From assembly GCA_021513695.1 (NCBI GenBank), contig CP084166.1, positions 192,001-256,000 on the forward strand: a stretch of DNA of 64,000 bases, written 5' to 3'. The stretch is from Candidatus Heimdallarchaeum aukensis. GTDB taxonomy: Archaea > Asgardarchaeota > Heimdallarchaeia > Heimdallarchaeales > Heimdallarchaeaceae. Both the position numbers and the translations under genes were made by a program. The notes beneath the pieces are model-generated. The model worked only from the letters and a program-made list of their open reading frames with translations. It did no database searches and was not told the origin of the DNA. Position 1 is the stretch's first letter. Every line of letters begins with the position of its first letter. Of this stretch, positions 9,394 through 17,634 are shown in pieces.

Positions 9394-9609
9394 CAGATTC
9401 TATTTCCTAAACATCTATATAATATCTTTCTTTCAAAAAGTGTAAAAATAGAAAGAGTTGAGAATCATAATATGCAATTATCATCATAATTCAGACAGGG
9501 GTAACTTAATCATTTTCTCAACAAAAAAAAGATTTCTTCTTGTTTTTTTAATTTTCCCTTTTGTAAAACTTCTTGAACAGTAAATTTTTGATAAAATATT
9601 GAAAATTTA

Positions 9610-9972
9610 TTATCCGTGCCCTAGCAAGTCATTGGCTACCATGTTAATTACTTCTTGTGCTTCTTTTGATAGTAGGTGTCTTTTAGGAGTAATAGCTGCT
9701 TTATAGATATCATTTAGAATTTTAGCTCTATTCTTATTCACTACATCGAGCAAAGTCATATCATCAATATTATCTGCTTGCTCTTTATATAAAGCAATAA
9801 TGTCGTCTTCAAGTTCTTTTGTTGCTTCTTTTATTGCTTTAATAATTCTTTTTTCTGAAGCTGTAATCTTGCCTGATTTTGAACAGAAGTCAATTACTGA
9901 TTGAACCATATTCTTCAAAATCAATTTAACTTCTTCAATTTCTTTTTCAGTGTCTACTGATTCTGCCAACAA
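9610..9972 (-). CDS. Hypothetical small helical acidic protein
   Basis: 120-aa ORF on the same strand, upstream of the helicase. No motif recognised. Confidence 0.45.
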   Translation of the reverse strand: MLAESVDTEKEIEEVKLILKNMVQSVIDFCSKSGKITASEKRIIKAIKEATKELEDDIIALYKEQADNIDDMTLLDVVNKNRAKILNDIYKAAITPKRHLLSKEAQEVINMVANDLLGHG

Positions 9973-10045
9973 TAAGCACCTATATTTTTGTATATAGTCT
10001 CATATTTATTCTTTTCCGATATCATAAAAATTAATAGAAAAAAAC

Positions 10046-10969
10046 CTAATCATTTTTTATGCTTTCGTCTAGGTTGGTAGCTTTTTCTAATCCTCTATAT
10101 ATCTTCCATCTTCTATCGATATATTCTTTAAGTTTTTCAACTTGTTCAGGGGTTATATTTTTGAATCGTCCTTGTTTTGACAAAAATTCTTCTAATCCTG
10201 TAAATTTAGGTTTTCTGTTAATTTTCACTCTTCCATTTTCATATTCAATTAGTAGCCAATAACCTGATTCAACAGCTTCTTTTGCTAATTGGGGACCTAA
10301 ATGAGTTGGTACTTTCCATCCTGGAGTGCAGATAGACAAAACTTCTATATATCTAAATCCCTTCATCTTCTTTGCTTTTTCTATTTTATTGATAAAATCT
10401 TGAATGTAAGCTGTTGAAGCAGTAGCTACATAGGTAGCTTCATGTGCAATAAGTATCCTTGGAATATCTTTTGGAAACCATTCATTTCCTTTCGATTTTC
10501 CTTTAACAGGAGTTGTTGTAGACCACGAACCATAAGGAGTCAATCCTGAAGCTTGAATTCCTGTATTCTCATATGCTTGATTGTTGTAACAAATATACAA
10601 TATATTTTCATCTCTTTGAGCTGCTCCAGATAGAGCTTGTAGACCTATATCTGCCGTACCTCCATCTCCAGCCATCCCCAAGACTACTATATCTTCCTTG
10701 TTTTGAGCTTTTAAAGCTCTTGAGATCCCAGTAACAGTTGAAGCGGTATTCGCAAACTGTAGATGGAAATAAGGAACATCCCAGTTAAGATTAGGAAAAG
10801 TTCCTCCAAAAACACTTAGACAACAAGGGGGAACACTCACAATTGTTTTTTTCCCTAAAATACGCATTACGTTAATAGCGATATTTGACGCCATACAACC
10901 TGCACAAGCACTGTCTCCGCTTACAAACTCTGCTCTATCTGGAAGATCTTTTAATCTCATAGCTTTCAC
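10046..10969 (-). CDS. 2-oxoacid:ferredoxin oxidoreductase, beta (TPP-binding) subunit
   Basis: GDSACAGCMAS near the N-terminus and GMAGDGGTADIGLQALSGAAQR ... YNNQAYENTG (TPP-binding GDG...N motif); 307 aa. A candidate TATA (atttaaaa on the minus strand, 11003..11010) lies about 35 nt upstream. Confidence 0.9.
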   Translation of the reverse strand: MKAMRLKDLPDRAEFVSGDSACAGCMASNIAINVMRILGKKTIVSVPPCCLSVFGGTFPNLNWDVPYFHLQFANTASTVTGISRALKAQNKEDIVVLGMAGDGGTADIGLQALSGAAQRDENILYICYNNQAYENTGIQASGLTPYGSWSTTTPVKGKSKGNEWFPKDIPRILIAHEATYVATASTAYIQDFINKIEKAKKMKGFRYIEVLSICTPGWKVPTHLGPQLAKEAVESGYWLLIEYENGRVKINRKPKFTGLEEFLSKQGRFKNITPEQVEKLKEYIDRRWKIYRGLEKATNLDESIKND

Positions 10970-11201
10970 TCTAATGGTTATTTTCTCAAATTATTGTTTG
11001 ACTTTTAAATGATTAGGTATATTCGCTTTATCGCTGTCTTGTCCTTCTGCTTTCTGAATTAGTTTTCTAGATTTTTAAATGTTGCATTTTAGACTTTAAT
11101 TTTCAAATATTTTATACTGTTTTATCAAATTATTTATAAGTAAGTATTTTTTTGCTCTTCTGAATAGTTACGTTGTTTACGTAGATTATAGGTGATAGTA
11201 A

Positions 11202-12944
11202 ATGAGTGACAATAGAAGTATAGAGAAAAATCTTGAAAAGCTTGTCCCCCCACATGGAGGAAAACTTGTAGACAAACACATAATAAGTGAAGAAGAAAGG
11301 TACAATTATGTTGAAAAAGCAAAAACTTTGCCTGTTTTAGAATTAAATGAAAGAACATTAGCTGATCTTGAATGTATAGCTACTGGAGTTTACTCTCCTC
11401 TAACAGGATTTATGACAGAAGAAGATTACAATAGTGTTGTCGAAACAATGCGATTGAAAAATGGTATAATTTGGCCTATTCCAGTAACTCTTCCAGTTGA
11501 TGATAACTTTGCTGAAAGTTTAAGTAAAGGAGATGAAATTGCATTAAAGTGGAATGGCATATATATGGGTTTAATGACTGTTTCTGATATTTACAAACCT
11601 GATAAAAAGAAAGAAGCTCTTAATGTTTATAAAACAGAAGATAGCGCTCATCCTGGAGTAGCTGCTCTATACCAAACTGGAAGCTATTATTTGGGAGGAG
11701 AAGTTTTATTAATTGATGATCTTCCTCACAAAGATTTTGTAGAATATAGATTTACTCCAAAACAAACAAGAACTGAATTTGCAAAAAGAGGGTGGAAAAC
11801 AGTCGTAGCTTTCCAAACAAGGAACCCAATACACAGAGCACATGAATATTTACAGAAAGTTGCTTTAGAATCTGTTGATGGATTATTCATAAATCCTCTT
11901 GTGGGTTCAACAAAAAGTGATGATGTTCCAGTTCAAACTAGAATGGAAACTTACAAAGTAATATTAAATGCTTACTATCCAAAAGATAGATTCTTCCTAG
12001 GAGTATTCCCTGCAAACATGAGGTATGCTGGCCCTAGAGAAGCAATTATGCATGCAATTGCTAGACAAAATTATGGTTGTTCTCACATTATTATTGGAAG
12101 AGACCATGCTGGAGTTGGAAACTACTATGGAACTTATGAAGCTCAAGAGATTTTTGAACAATTTAGTGATAATGAGTTAAAGATTAAACCTTTCAAATTT
12201 GAGCACGCTTTTTATTGTAAAATTTGTGAGCAAATGGCTACTCAAAAGACTTGTCCTCATGGTAAAGAGAGTCATGTTTATCTCTCTGGAACAAAAGTTA
12301 GGCAGATGTTAAGAGAAGGACAAATGCTTCCTAGAGAGTTTACTCGACCAGAAGTAGCTATGATTTTAACTGATGCTTATAATGGAAAGGCAAAAATAGA
12401 ACAAAAGGGTGTAACTTTACTATTTACTGGTCTTAGCGGATCAGGAAAAACAACAATAACTAAAGCTCTTGCTCAGGAATTAAAGAAAAGAGGATATCAA
12501 GTAGAACGTCTTGATGGAGATGTTGTAAGACAGTATCTAACCAAAGATTTGGGCTTCAGTAAACATGACAGAGATGAAAACATTAGAAGAGTAGGCTTCG
12601 TTGCTCATATGTTAACTCGTAACAATGTTATAGTTTTAATGGCTAATATTGCTCCTTATCAAGCAGTAAGAGACGAAATCAGACAACTAATTGGAGACTT
12701 TATGGAAGTATATGTAAAAGCTCCTCTAGAGGTTTGTGAATCTAGAGATGTAAAAGGATTATATAAGAAAGCAAAAGCAGGTGAAATATTAAATTTCACA
12801 GGAGTCAATGATCCATATGAACCTCCAACTAACCCTGAAATTGTTTGTGAAACTGATAAAGAAACTGTAGAAGAATCAGTCCATAAAGTATTAGCAAAGT
12901 TAGTCGAATATGGATATGTTGATTCTAGTGTTTTAGAGAAATAA
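11202..12944 (+). CDS. sat: Bifunctional sulfate adenylyltransferase (ATP sulfurylase) / adenylylsulfate kinase
   Basis: [14 protein letters not shown] and [10 protein letters not shown] (Sat) in the N-terminal 390 aa. [10 protein letters not shown]-loop, DGDVVR and the FVAHML region (APS kinase, CysC-like) in the C-terminal 190 aa. AGGTGA lies 8 nt before the ATG. Confidence 0.9.
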   Translation: MSDNRSIEKNLEKLVPPHGGKLVDKHIISEEERYNYVEKAKTLPVLELNERTLADLECIATGVYSPLTGFMTEEDYNSVVETMRLKNGIIWPIPVTLPVDDNFAESLSKGDEIALKWNGIYMGLMTVSDIYKPDKKKEALNVYKTEDSAHPGVAALYQTGSYYLGGEVLLIDDLPHKDFVEYRFTPKQTRTEFAKRGWKTVVAFQTRNPIHRAHEYLQKVALESVDGLFINPLVGSTKSDDVPVQTRMETYKVILNAYYPKDRFFLGVFPANMRYAGPREAIMHAIARQNYGCSHIIIGRDHAGVGNYYGTYEAQEIFEQFSDNELKIKPFKFEHAFYCKICEQMATQKTCPHGKESHVYLSGTKVRQMLREGQMLPREFTRPEVAMILTDAYNGKAKIEQKGVTLLFTGLSGSGKTTITKALAQELKKRGYQVERLDGDVVRQYLTKDLGFSKHDRDENIRRVGFVAHMLTRNNVIVLMANIAPYQAVRDEIRQLIGDFMEVYVKAPLEVCESRDVKGLYKKAKAGEILNFTGVNDPYEPPTNPEIVCETDKETVEESVHKVLAKLVEYGYVDSSVLEK

Positions 12945-13019
12945 CTAACTTCTATTTTCTTCTTTTTTTTAAAAATTCTCCCAAAAACATTATTAAATAT
13001 TGAGAAAATAAAATAAAAT

Positions 13020-13658
13020 ATGGAAAAAAATATTGAATCTGTTCCTTTATGGAAGAAAATCGGAGAGAAACTAACACCATATTTAACGAGAGATGATTTC
13101 ATTTCTATGGATAAAGAACGATATATCAGCCTTATTAAAAGATTGAAAGCAATAAATGAATTATCTGAAAAACAATATACTTACGCAAACATTAATCGAG
13201 ATTTAATTTTAATCCGAATGGGGCTTATTCACAATCTTCCAGAAATAACAGATGATTCATTAGAAACAATATTGAAGCAACTAGCTGTTCACTTAGCAAT
13301 ATTATATTACAATGATAATGATGTTAGTAGTTGGACTGAAGCAGAAAATAAGGTTTTAGAAGTTATTTCTTCTGGATTTGAATCAAGAGTAACTATGGGT
13401 TTAAGTCCTACAGAGCATTTAGAAACTTTAAGCTCGAAAATAAAAGAAATAGGACAGATAAATAAAGAAACAATTGCACAAATTATAAATGAAATTGAAG
13501 AAACAAAAGATAAACTCATGCAGTCAGGTATCTCTGGTGTCACTTTGCATAAATTCACTCAATACGCACAAAAACTTAAAAGAGCTGATGATGAATTACC
13601 AACAAAATATGATATATTAGAAGAAATTGCGAGTTGGCAAGAACTTATCTCAAAATAA
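13020..13658 (+). CDS. Hypothetical protein
   Basis: 212-aa ORF, helical and acidic. No family recognised. Confidence 0.45.
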   Translation: MEKNIESVPLWKKIGEKLTPYLTRDDFISMDKERYISLIKRLKAINELSEKQYTYANINRDLILIRMGLIHNLPEITDDSLETILKQLAVHLAILYYNDNDVSSWTEAENKVLEVISSGFESRVTMGLSPTEHLETLSSKIKEIGQINKETIAQIINEIEETKDKLMQSGISGVTLHKFTQYAQKLKRADDELPTKYDILEEIASWQELISK

Positions 13659-14520
13659 AAAGACTAGGGGAGTAAAATTGAGTAAGAACAAGAAAGAAGA
13701 CAAAAAGAAAAGTGAAGACATAGTCAACAATGTTAAAGAAACAATTCCAGATCTACCAGAAATTTTCAGACACGAAAAGAAAGAAGAAACAGAAGAAATA
13801 GCTAGTATTCCAAAAGTAAAAATTGAGAAAAAAGAAAAAGAGCAAGTTGAAGAAACAAAGTCTAGTAATCTTTTTGGTCAGAAAATTCAAGGTCTAAAAG
13901 AAAAAGTTGAACAAATTGTAAATGTTAACAAATTACGTCCCCGAATTGAAAAAGATATTGAAAATCTACTTAAAGATGGAAACACATTACTTATCGGTAA
14001 AAATGTAGGTGTCTTTGCAGAGAGATTAACAGAAAAAGGAATGAATATAATAGCTCGAGACACATCAATTACCTTTATCAGTCCCAAAACTGAAGTGAAT
14101 AATGTAAAAATATTAGAAAAAATGGAATTAAAACCCTTTTCTCTGGAAAAGATGAATAATCTTAAAGGTCCTTTCATAAATATTATTTTATTTTTTGCTT
14201 TAAAAGGAAGAAAAAAGGAAGAAATTTACTCAATAGTAAATAAGTGTAAACAACTATTGTACTCCTCTGGTCTTCTCTTTATTGTAGAAGAATCTACTTC
14301 AGGGTTAAATATTTTTTTAAATTTCTTTAAGTATTTAACCTATGTAAATAAATTCATTAAAAGTAAGATTAAGAAAGAAGAATATACTTGGCCAGTAGTT
14401 AAAATAAAAAAAGTAATTAAACAACTCGAACTAAGAAAATTCAAGACATTCGTTTATGGGGGAAGAAATGTTCAAACTTATGTTCTAGCAAAAAGACTAA
14501 GTGCCTTTCTTTCTAGATAG
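13627..14520 (+). CDS. Hypothetical Lys/Glu-rich protein with a degenerate Rossmann/methyltransferase-like C-terminal half
   Basis: 297-aa ORF; the track start is TTG 13627, overlapping the previous gene, so the true start is uncertain. LLIGKNVGVFAERLTEKGMNIIARDTS resembles SAM-MTase motif I with the glycines degraded. Confidence 0.4.
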   Translation: MRVGKNLSQNKKTRGVKLSKNKKEDKKKSEDIVNNVKETIPDLPEIFRHEKKEETEEIASIPKVKIEKKEKEQVEETKSSNLFGQKIQGLKEKVEQIVNVNKLRPRIEKDIENLLKDGNTLLIGKNVGVFAERLTEKGMNIIARDTSITFISPKTEVNNVKILEKMELKPFSLEKMNNLKGPFINIILFFALKGRKKEEIYSIVNKCKQLLYSSGLLFIVEESTSGLNIFLNFFKYLTYVNKFIKSKIKKEEYTWPVVKIKKVIKQLELRKFKTFVYGGRNVQTYVLAKRLSAFLSR

Positions 14521-14830
14521 CCTTTTTTTTCAAAGAACAATCTGAAAGAAATGAAGAATTAAAGAAGATGTAAGAGTTGCTACAGTTGTTATAAGCGACA
14601 AACTATAGTACAATAGAATATATAAATTAATAATTCTAGTTATGTAAGTTTTAAAAGTAATTTTTGTTCCAGTTTATTTTTAATTTTTAATATAAATTAT
14701 GTAATACTCAAAACTATGTTTTTGTCTTATCTAAATAATATATCAAACACTTTCTAACTACAGATAAAGAATTTGGCCGACATAATTTGTTTAACAGTAA
14801 TATTCACTTTCAATGCACCCTCTCTGTCGC

Positions 14831-14838
14831 TTTAAATA
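14831..14838 (+). promoter_or_regulatory. Archaeal TATA box (TTTAAATA) upstream of the TFB gene
   Basis: Exact TTTAAATA ending 29 nt before ATG 14868, implying a leaderless or nearly leaderless mRNA. Confidence 0.5.
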
Positions 14839-14867
14839 GTACCATTCGAGAAGTTACATGAAAAGAT

Positions 14868-15833
14868 ATGATAAGAACAGAGCAAGAGAATAAAGCTAGA
14901 ATTGTGTGTTCAGAGTGTGGAGAAAGTAATTTTGTTGAAACTGTTTCAGATGTTGTTTGTAGAAATTGTGGTCTTGTAATTGATCAAAGATACAGTTCAG
15001 ATCATTTTGTTGAAAATGATTCCACAGATTGGAGAAAAAAACGTTTTGGTAGTCCTGAAAGTAGAAGAAGTAAAAATACATATTTTTCATCTTTTGAAGT
15101 TTCTCCAGGAGAAAGCAGAGCACAATTTCAGAGAATGTGGTTTGCTGAAAAAAAGTTGGAATATGATGCAATAGAAGAGAACAAGTCAAGATTATTAAAT
15201 ATTCTAACAAAATTAGGCTTTTCTTCTAATCAAAAAAACCAAATAATGTATGAATTAAGAAAGCGATATGAAGCTGAAAAAAGAGCAGGTAACAAAGTAT
15301 CAAACATTTTCCTATTAGCTTCAGCGTTAGCAATTATTTTTTCAAAAAACCTTAATATTCCAGTGAGTATTCGTACTGTAGTTGATGTTTTTAAAAGCTA
15401 TGGCTGTAAAATTAGCTCAAAAGCAGTTAGAGATTATATCATTTCAAACAATTTGGCTTATACCAATTCATCTACAAGTGTTTGGGTAACAAAACATATG
15501 GCAACCTTGAGGTCTGATTTGTCGATTAGAGAGCAAATAAGGCAAGAATTACAAAATGTTGGAGACTCGTTAGAAATAACTGAACTAGATATAGACAAAA
15601 TCTTGACTTCAATTGAACTATTTGCAGTTAAACTTTCCAAAATTGAAGCCAAAAGCAGACGTCCTAGTGTTCTAAGTGTAGCATGTATATTCCTTGCTTC
15701 AGAGATGATAGCTGAAAAGATTAATATTACATTATTTAACCAAGCTTTTTTGGCAAGAACTTGCAAAGTTAGTCCTGCGACATTACGAAGTCACTTAATC
15801 TATCTGAGAAGTAACATAAAAACAAAGATTTAG
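14868..15833 (+). CDS. tfb: Transcription initiation factor B (TFIIB) homologue
   Basis: N-terminal Zn ribbon CSECG-x14-CRNCG; B-reader-like DWRKKRFGSPESRRS; then two cyclin-like repeats (LLASALAIIFSKNLNIPVSIRTVVDVF; LSVACIFLASEMIAEKINITL). 321 aa. Confidence 0.8.
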   Translation: MIRTEQENKARIVCSECGESNFVETVSDVVCRNCGLVIDQRYSSDHFVENDSTDWRKKRFGSPESRRSKNTYFSSFEVSPGESRAQFQRMWFAEKKLEYDAIEENKSRLLNILTKLGFSSNQKNQIMYELRKRYEAEKRAGNKVSNIFLLASALAIIFSKNLNIPVSIRTVVDVFKSYGCKISSKAVRDYIISNNLAYTNSSTSVWVTKHMATLRSDLSIREQIRQELQNVGDSLEITELDIDKILTSIELFAVKLSKIEAKSRRPSVLSVACIFLASEMIAEKINITLFNQAFLARTCKVSPATLRSHLIYLRSNIKTKI

Positions 15834-15863
15834 TTTTTTTCCATTCTAAAAAGTTTTATAAAT

Positions 15864-16793
15864 ATGTTCACAACTTCAAGAGTTATGGTATTATCTCCCA
15901 CAACATTATTTTTGATTTCTATAATTGCTCTAGTCGTTGGTATTTTAAGTGTGATTGCAGGATTAGGTGGTGGGGTATTTATAGTTCCTATCTTAACTGT
16001 TTTATTTAAATATGAGATGCCTATTGTTGTTGGAACAACTTTAGCTTCAACTACATTTATTTCTCTAGTTGGGGTAATAGGTGCAAGAAAAAGAAAAGAA
16101 ATTGATTTTAAATTTGCTTTCGCATTTTTGATTCCTGCCACGATATCAACTTTTTTTGGAGCTCTAATTACAGATATGATTCCTGAAATTATTTTACTCT
16201 CAATATTGTTTTCTTTAGCTCTGTTATTAAGTATTAGGATGCTACTTGAGTCAAGAAAAAAGAAAAAACTTGGAATAAAGACTTATAGACGAGATAAAAT
16301 ACAAGAATTAAAAAAAGAAAAGAAAGAACAAGAAGAACATAGTCATAAAATAGCTTTTTTCGCAAGGTTTCATTATCCTTGGTTAAGACCTTTTATAACT
16401 ATCAAAAGAGATGAATACGAGTTCAAAATAAGTATACCAGTAATAATTGTATTTGGTTTATTAATTGGTTTTATCACTGGGCTTTTAGGATCATCTGGAG
16501 GATGGCTTATATCTCCGTTAATGATCTTAGGATTTGGTTATACTCCTATTGTAGCTTCTGGTACTTCTCTTTTTATCATTCTAATTAAAGCAATTGTAGG
16601 AGGTACAACTCATGTTATACAAGGTCATTTTGATATGATTCTGTTTTTTGTATTATCTGTATTTTTACCGATTGGGGGTTTTATTGGAGATTTAATAAAA
16701 AGACGTATGAAAAATAGAATAGTTGGTTTAATATTAGGATTTTGTCTGTTGGGTGTTTCTGCTGTAATACTTGTGTTCTATTTCATTCTTTAA
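15864..16793 (+). CDS. TauE/SafE (DUF81) family sulfite/organosulfonate exporter-like membrane protein
   Basis: Two homologous halves carrying GLGGGVFIVPIL and LLGSSGGWLISPLMIL, separated by a charged KKKK/E-rich loop. 309 aa. Confidence 0.75.
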   Translation: MFTTSRVMVLSPTTLFLISIIALVVGILSVIAGLGGGVFIVPILTVLFKYEMPIVVGTTLASTTFISLVGVIGARKRKEIDFKFAFAFLIPATISTFFGALITDMIPEIILLSILFSLALLLSIRMLLESRKKKKLGIKTYRRDKIQELKKEKKEQEEHSHKIAFFARFHYPWLRPFITIKRDEYEFKISIPVIIVFGLLIGFITGLLGSSGGWLISPLMILGFGYTPIVASGTSLFIILIKAIVGGTTHVIQGHFDMILFFVLSVFLPIGGFIGDLIKRRMKNRIVGLILGFCLLGVSAVILVFYFIL

Positions 16794-16899
16794 CAAATTT
16801 TTTTAAGTTTAGAAACTTTTATGGTGAAAGCTTTTTTTGAATAATTGAATTTTTTTTTATTAAGATACCTTTATATTTTTCCATATAACTCGGTGCATA

Positions 16900-17634
16900 A
16901 TGAGTGAGAATAGTGCAGAAGATATAATATTAACTAAAGATCTAGTTAAGAACTTTAAACTTGATAGAGATACTATAGTAAAAGTTCTTACTGGAGTAAA
17001 CATGAGAATAAAAAAAGGCGAATTTGTTGCTATAATGGGGCCCAGTGGTTCAGGAAAGAGTACGCTAGTAAATATATTATCAACTTTAGAGACAATTACA
17101 GATGGTGACGTATATATTGTTGGAACTAATTTAAAAGAGTTAACAAACAAAGAATATTTAGAAATTAGGAGAAAAACTTCCTCAATCGTTTTTCAAAATT
17201 TCAGTTTGATCTCTTATCTCACAGCTTTAGAAAATGTAAAACTTCCTATGATTTTAAGAGGAGAAGATGATGAAACAGCTACAAGAAAAGCTATAGCATA
17301 TCTAGAAAATGTAGGTCTTTACGGAAGAATGCATCATTTACCAGAACAACTCTCAGGGGGAGAACAGCAAAGAGTTGCAATAGCACGTGCATTAGCTCAT
17401 GAACCAGATATTATATACTGTGATGAACCTAGTGGCAATTTAGATACTGTTACAGGAAGAGAAATAATAAGTTTGTTTAAACAGTTGAGCAAAGAGAAGA
17501 ATATTACTGTAGTTATGGTTACTCATGATCATGAAGCAGCAAAACAGACAGATCGATTATACATTTTGCGTAATGGAAAACTTGCAGAAGAGCAGATTTC
17601 AATTTTAAACAAGCGTAGAGGTGAAAGAAAATGA
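16900..17634 (+). CDS. ABC transporter ATP-binding protein (MacB/LolD-like)
   Basis: GPSGSGKST (Walker A), LSGGEQQRVAIARAL (signature), IIYCDEPSGNLD (Walker B), VTHD (H-loop). Overlaps the permease gene by 4 nt. Confidence 0.9.
   Translation: MSENSAEDIILTKDLVKNFKLDRDTIVKVLTGVNMRIKKGEFVAIMGPSGSGKSTLVNILSTLETITDGDVYIVGTNLKELTNKEYLEIRRKTSSIVFQNFSLISYLTALENVKLPMILRGEDDETATRKAIAYLENVGLYGRMHHLPEQLSGGEQQRVAIARALAHEPDIIYCDEPSGNLDTVTGREIISLFKQLSKEKNITVVMVTHDHEAAKQTDRLYILRNGKLAEEQISILNKRRGERK

Noticed and set aside
3572-10045. Segment between the OFOR alpha and beta genes as an integrated mobile element or genomic island
   Set aside because: No integrase or transposase, no flanking direct repeats that I could find, and it contains housekeeping-type genes (histone-fold, sfsA). 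A simple inversion explains the geometry better.
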